The notes under the pieces: model-generated | Databases searched by the model: none | The model's input: only the letters and a program-made list of their open reading frames with translations | What the model was told of the DNA's origin: nothing | Position numbers and translations under genes: made by a program | From: Vicugna vicugna | Lineage: Eukaryota | NCBI GenBank assembly: GCA_013265495.1 | Contig: MU060887.1 | Coordinates: 744,001 to 808,000 of the forward strand | Length of the DNA: 64,000 nucleotides | Reading direction: 5' to 3' | Part shown: one piece after another, positions 52,200 to 64,000 of the stretch | Layout of the letters: the number at the start of each line of letters is the position of its first letter | Position numbering within the stretch: the stretch's first letter is position 1

Positions 52200-52710
52200 G
52201 AGTCCAACCCGGCTGAACGCGGGGGAAGGGGGGTGGCTCACGTCCCGGCGGACTAGAGCGGAGGGGCCAGGCCCCTCTAAGGTCCCTTGGCGGACCAGGC
52301 CCAACCTGTCCTTTAAGGCGCCCGGTTCCATCCCAGAGCTCTCCCGTGACTCACCAAGAACACGCTGAACCGCAGGAGGCCCAAAGTGATCCGCTCCAGG
52401 AGGAGGACGGGGCAGGAACACCCGCTGCAGACCAGTGACGCCACTTCCGCTTCCTGCCCCGCCGTTGGGGGCGGGGCTCCGGGGCTCTGGCTGCCAACCA
52501 AGTTCAACCACAGCGGGCAGGGAGAGTGCAGTTGCTGCCGCAGGTGCTGGGGCCCTAGGGTCTGCTCAGAGCGCTGACTGCAGGTAGGAACAGGCCCAGC
52601 ACAGGAAGCTGCGGCTGGAAATATGCCTGTGGGCGGGGCTATGAGTGGAGGGCGGGGCCGAGGCCCGGAAGTGGGGTTGGTCTAGTCCCAAGGCTCGGCT
52701 TAAGGCTCGG
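52200..52710 (-). promoter_or_regulatory. CpG-island promoter and exon 1 of copy B
   Basis: GTGACGCCACTTCCGCTTCC (about 52435-52453), GC boxes, CCGGAAGT about 52666; paralogous to 36950-37600. Confidence 0.8.
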
Positions 52711-53063
52711 GGATTGGGTATTCACAACCCCCAACCCACCCCACCTTACTCATCAAAAGCATTTCTACCTGCCAGTCCTCAACTTCCTAGAGCCCTTAGA
52801 ATGATTCTCTCAGATTGATAAGCCTGACAAAAACCTAAGATGGTCTGTCTCCTCCATTTGATCAATCCTGTATTTAACCTTTATTTCCCCTTATTTCTTT
52901 TTATTTACATTGGACACCGTGGTAAATGCTAATCATTGATTCCCCTGTGTATTCAAAGTAGTGACATTTTTCTGTAACCTTTATGTTTTTCTTCTTACAG
53001 TATGTATTTCCGTTTTTTATCTTTCCAGTGTTACCATAAAGTCCGGGGCCTCCATACTAAGTT

Positions 53064-53385
53064 TGTAGGCAGATAGGGTTGGGGGGGTCCTCGGAGGAAA
53101 AAAGCCAGACCTAGCTTTTTTGTTTTTTCCATAAGAGAAGCCATTTTGGCTTAAGTCATTTTGTGATTTAAGCCTGGCCATAACGCTTGCCCTTGAACAG
53201 GTCTCAGTAATTAATGATTGGAGGACAAGCAGTCAAACAATAGTGCAATAATAAAACAGAGCCCTAGTTCCTTCTCATTCGATATATAATTACAATATAT
53301 CTTTGAGTTCTTCTGTGGGGAACTGAGGTCCCCACCCAGGAGGAGGAGGTTAACTACATGCTAAGACCCCAGTGCACTTCAGCAA
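53064..53385. mobile_element. ERV1-like LTR fragment
   Basis: Begins tgtaggcag exactly where homology with copy A ends; LTR-like sequence. Confidence 0.45.
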
Positions 53386-53724
53386 ATATTAATTTACAAA
53401 TTATCTTGTAAAGGTGCAAAAGTCAACCAATGCACTTTTGATCTTTTTGTTCTATACATTTTTTAGTATATAAACTTTATTACAGTTTCTTCATACATCA
53501 AAATTACGTTAACTTACATAAATTAGTTTTAATATCCAATTTGGTCAAATCATAGATCTCTGTTTTAATTTACAATTTAAACACAATATATATAATTCAT
53601 TTATTATGCACCTACATTAAAATGTTATACATATACACATTATATAGACAAACATATATAGAATTTATGTAATCTTTACTTCATTCCCCAATATCTAGGG
53701 GTTTATTTTCGCTTGTCTTTTGCA

Positions 53725-53836
53725 GGGGGGGGGGTTGGAGGTAATTAGGTATATTGACTTAATTATTTTTAATGGAGATGCTGGGGATTGAACCCAGGGC
53801 CTCATGCATGCTACCACTTGAGCTATACCCGGCCCC
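53725..53836 (-). mobile_element. Camelid tRNA-derived SINE (Vic-1-like), internally deleted
   Basis: Consensus match lacking about 13 nt of the middle. Confidence 0.85.
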
Positions 53837-53899
53837 CATCACAAGAATGATTTTTAACGTTTCTTACATTCATGAGTCTTCTTATACGCTAAGCTTTCA

Positions 53900-54459
53900 G
53901 GAATCTCTGAAGACCTCTCAGATTTATTTCTTAATGTAGAAGGCATCTCTGTCCTGTGAGTTTTTTTAATGTTGAGTTCTTATAAGATATGAAAAGTAAG
54001 TGTAAGGTCTTCCTATATCCTTCACATTCATAAGGTTTTATGCCAAAATCTTTTGTGGATATTAAGGCCTTAACACTAAGTAAAGGTTTACCATATTCAT
54101 TACATATATATGACTTATCCCCAGTGTGAGTTATCATGTGCTTTTAAAGCATGTGAAATAATTTAAGGCTGTATCTCATTTTTACCTTCAATGGCTTTTA
54201 CAGTAATTTCATATGTGTAAAATTAACATCACAACAACAACAAAAAGGCTTGCCCAAATGCCTTATAACCAGGTTTTCCTCTGAAGCGTGAGTTCTTATA
54301 CATGTTGAAAGGTGGGAATGAGCACTGCTCTCCCACACACCTTATGTGTATGAATTCAGATTCTGCCCCAGGTAAGTTCCCACACAGCACGTAAAGAAGA
54401 AAACTGAGTATAAAGCGTTCTCACATTTTTACTTTCACAAAGTCCTTACCCAGATGAGT
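53900..54459 (-). other. Fossil zinc-finger repeats in the ZNF846 3'UTR
   Basis: Out-of-frame remnants such as HTGDKSYICNEYGK and GIKPYECEG downstream of the stop. Confidence 0.75.
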
Positions 54460-61624
<7,165 letters not shown>

Positions 61625-61859
61625 CCTGGGAATCTGATCATGAAAGTTTCCAGAACATTCCATTTCTTGCTCAGATCACTCCAGAGAAGCTTGTGAATAA
61701 ATTAAGAGGTTGATCTCAATTTCTCTTTGTCTACTAGAACGTTTGGGTAACTGGTTTGCAACATTAATCATTCAACAACAGACATTTTTCCTCAATCATC
61801 AAACATCTCTCTGTAGATGAAACATGTGACAGCCATTAAAAACAATTTAATACCCTATC

Positions 61860-62070
61860 ATACAAATATTAATAATAATTGCCATTTACTTTGCACCTGT
61901 TAGTAGTTCTACATATATAAACTCCTTTAGTTGTCCTAACAACTCCTTAAATTGGATATTTAATAGTCAAGAAAGCTGAGATTCAGAGAGGATTAGTAAT
62001 TGGCCCAAAATCACCAGTTACGAAAGGTAAGGACACAGGTTGGTGTATCAAGAGCCTGACCTCCTGCGGT
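61860..62070 (-). mobile_element. MIR remnant
   Basis: gaaagctgagattcagagaggattagtaattggcccaaaatcac. Confidence 0.6.
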
Positions 62071-64000
62071 GGTTGTTACTCCTAACACGGTCAGAACTGA
62101 GTCCAGACCCTCTGCCAGGCATAATGGAGAGGAGAAATGCAACAGATTTTATGAAATCAGAAATCTCCCTGAGTACCCCTTGCTGGAGCTTGGTTAGGCT
62201 TGGAAATGTTGTCTCCCTCTGTCTCTTACTCCTTCATTCAGTCAGCAAATATTTAGTTAGGGCCTTCCTTATGCCAGGCCAGGTACTATGTACCAAGGAG
62301 GGAACAGTTCTTGGGGATCTCACAGTTCAATTGGGCAAAGCAAGTAATACACAAGTAATTGAGTACCCGTTAGTGATGAGCAATACAGTTGAAGAAAGAA
62401 TCAATCCCATCAAAGTGTGAGGAGTATTACACATACACAAATACATTCCCGATACAGAGATAAGACTGGTTATGGGTAAGAAAAATACAGAATAGGAAAA
62501 CAACCACTTCCAAGGACTGTGGTCATTGATATTTCACTTACTTAAAAAATTCGTGTTCCAATTTTGACCCAAAGACATCCAAACTTGAGTATCATGATTT
62601 TAGAAAAACTCAAAATACTTTTTTTTCTCCCCACACCCCTGCAGGAGGTACCCTCTTGTGGGAGATCGAAATATATCTTTAATGTTTGCCACTCCACAGG
62701 GTCTGAATCGTGTCACTGTTTTCTTTTACGTTGAAATTGAAGTCTTTCCATATTATCTCACAGTTAACTACAAAGGCTATTATATAAATATATTTTTCAT
62801 CTTTTCACCATTTCATATTAATGATCAGTTTTATTTTTTTCCACTAATTACCCATTTTATTTTTACTCATTCTTTCAGTACATTTTGTTCTACTTCTGCA
62901 TTTCTCATTCAACTTTATGTGGTAGAACACTTAGTTTCACTTCCTGAACTTCTTTTATTGAATTACAGCATACGTACAACTAAGGGAGGCAATCATGAAT
63001 AAAAATCTCAATGAACTATTAAGAAATGATCAGCCGCAGGTAACCACCATTCAGGACAAGAGACAGAATATTTCCATATTCAGCATCTCAGACATATTCC
63101 TTGTCTCTTTTCCAGACCACTAACTCCATGCCTCCCAATTGAAACCACTATCCTGACATTTAACACTCTAGGCCATTCTACCTATTTTTGAATTTTAAAG
63201 AAACAGCATCAAACAGCATGCATTCTTTCATGTCTGGCTTCCTTGATTCAACAATATGTTTTTGAGTTTCATCTGACCTGTTGCATCTGTCTACCTGTGA
63301 TTTGGTCCTTCTCTTTGCTTAAGAGTTCACCACAGAAAATATATTCAACAATTCATCCACTCTTCTCTTAATCAGCTTTGAGTTATTTCCAATTTAGGGA
63401 TATTTCAAATGATGCTATAAATAGCGCTTAAGTTGAACTGGTGGACAGGTGCCTGCATTACTATTGTGTTATCAACAGATCATATTTATTTGACACTCTT
63501 AAAAAATGTTGTTTCCATTAATCGTGTATGCGCATCTCAACCAGCACTCGACACTGTCACTCTTTTTAGTTTTATTTTACACTATTCAGTGTGTGTAATA
63601 CTATCATATTGTGATATTAATTTGCATTTCCCTGGATGCTAATGATATCAAGCACCTTTTCATGTATTTGTCGTCTCTGTGTATATTTTCTTTAATAAAG
63701 AGCCTATCCAAACCTGTTGATCATTTTCCTACTGAGTTTTTATTCTGGGCATTAATTTGTAGCCGTTATTACATAACTCCTTTGTTCTTACATATGAGGC
63801 ATTTAACCAAGTATTAAAGGTCAAATATCATACCTGCAACTTATTTCAGTCTCCTTACTCTCAAGAGTTTATCATAAACACTTAACTACAGACGTAGAGA
63901 CAGAGATAACTAGCTAAGCAAAATATGAACAAATGGTCAATCCACAACAAGCTAACACCTGAAAAATTTATTAAGCTTCAGTAAGGATGCCCACAGCCAG

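Larger units (their letters stand above)
47380..52460 (-). pseudogene. Copy B: 5' partial paralogue of gene A (promoter, ATG exon, truncated KRAB-A with nonsense codon)
   Basis: Exon 1 donor CTTG|GTGAGT at 52355; ATG exon 48182-48095 (MVADCVRNCPQ); KRAB-A from 47484 with TAG at 47415-47413, breaking off after MLEN at 47380; no KRAB-B or finger exon follows. Confidence 0.88.

Overview
Mammalian, most likely camelid, DNA: there are 11 copies of a tRNA-derived SINE of the camelid Vic-1 type. The region corresponds to the OR7 / KRAB-zinc-finger cluster of human 19p13.2. It holds three single-coding-exon family-7 olfactory receptor ORFs (OR7E24-like, an unassigned OR7, OR7D4-like), each with a length-exact N-masked block, and an intact six-exon ZNF846 orthologue on the minus strand that uses a GC-AG intron. 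It also holds three decayed ZNF426/ZNF266/ZNF561-family loci: gene A (intact KRAB exons, disabled finger exon), copy B (5' duplicate broken inside KRAB-A), and an isolated finger/3'UTR fragment. That fragment forms a ~1.7-1.9 kb inverted repeat with gene A around an orphan CpG-island promoter. The rest is L1, L2, MIR, MER5/MER58, MaLR, ERV1 LTRs and an ERVL gag-pol fossil. Human protein comparisons and repeat family names are recalled from memory and were not computed.
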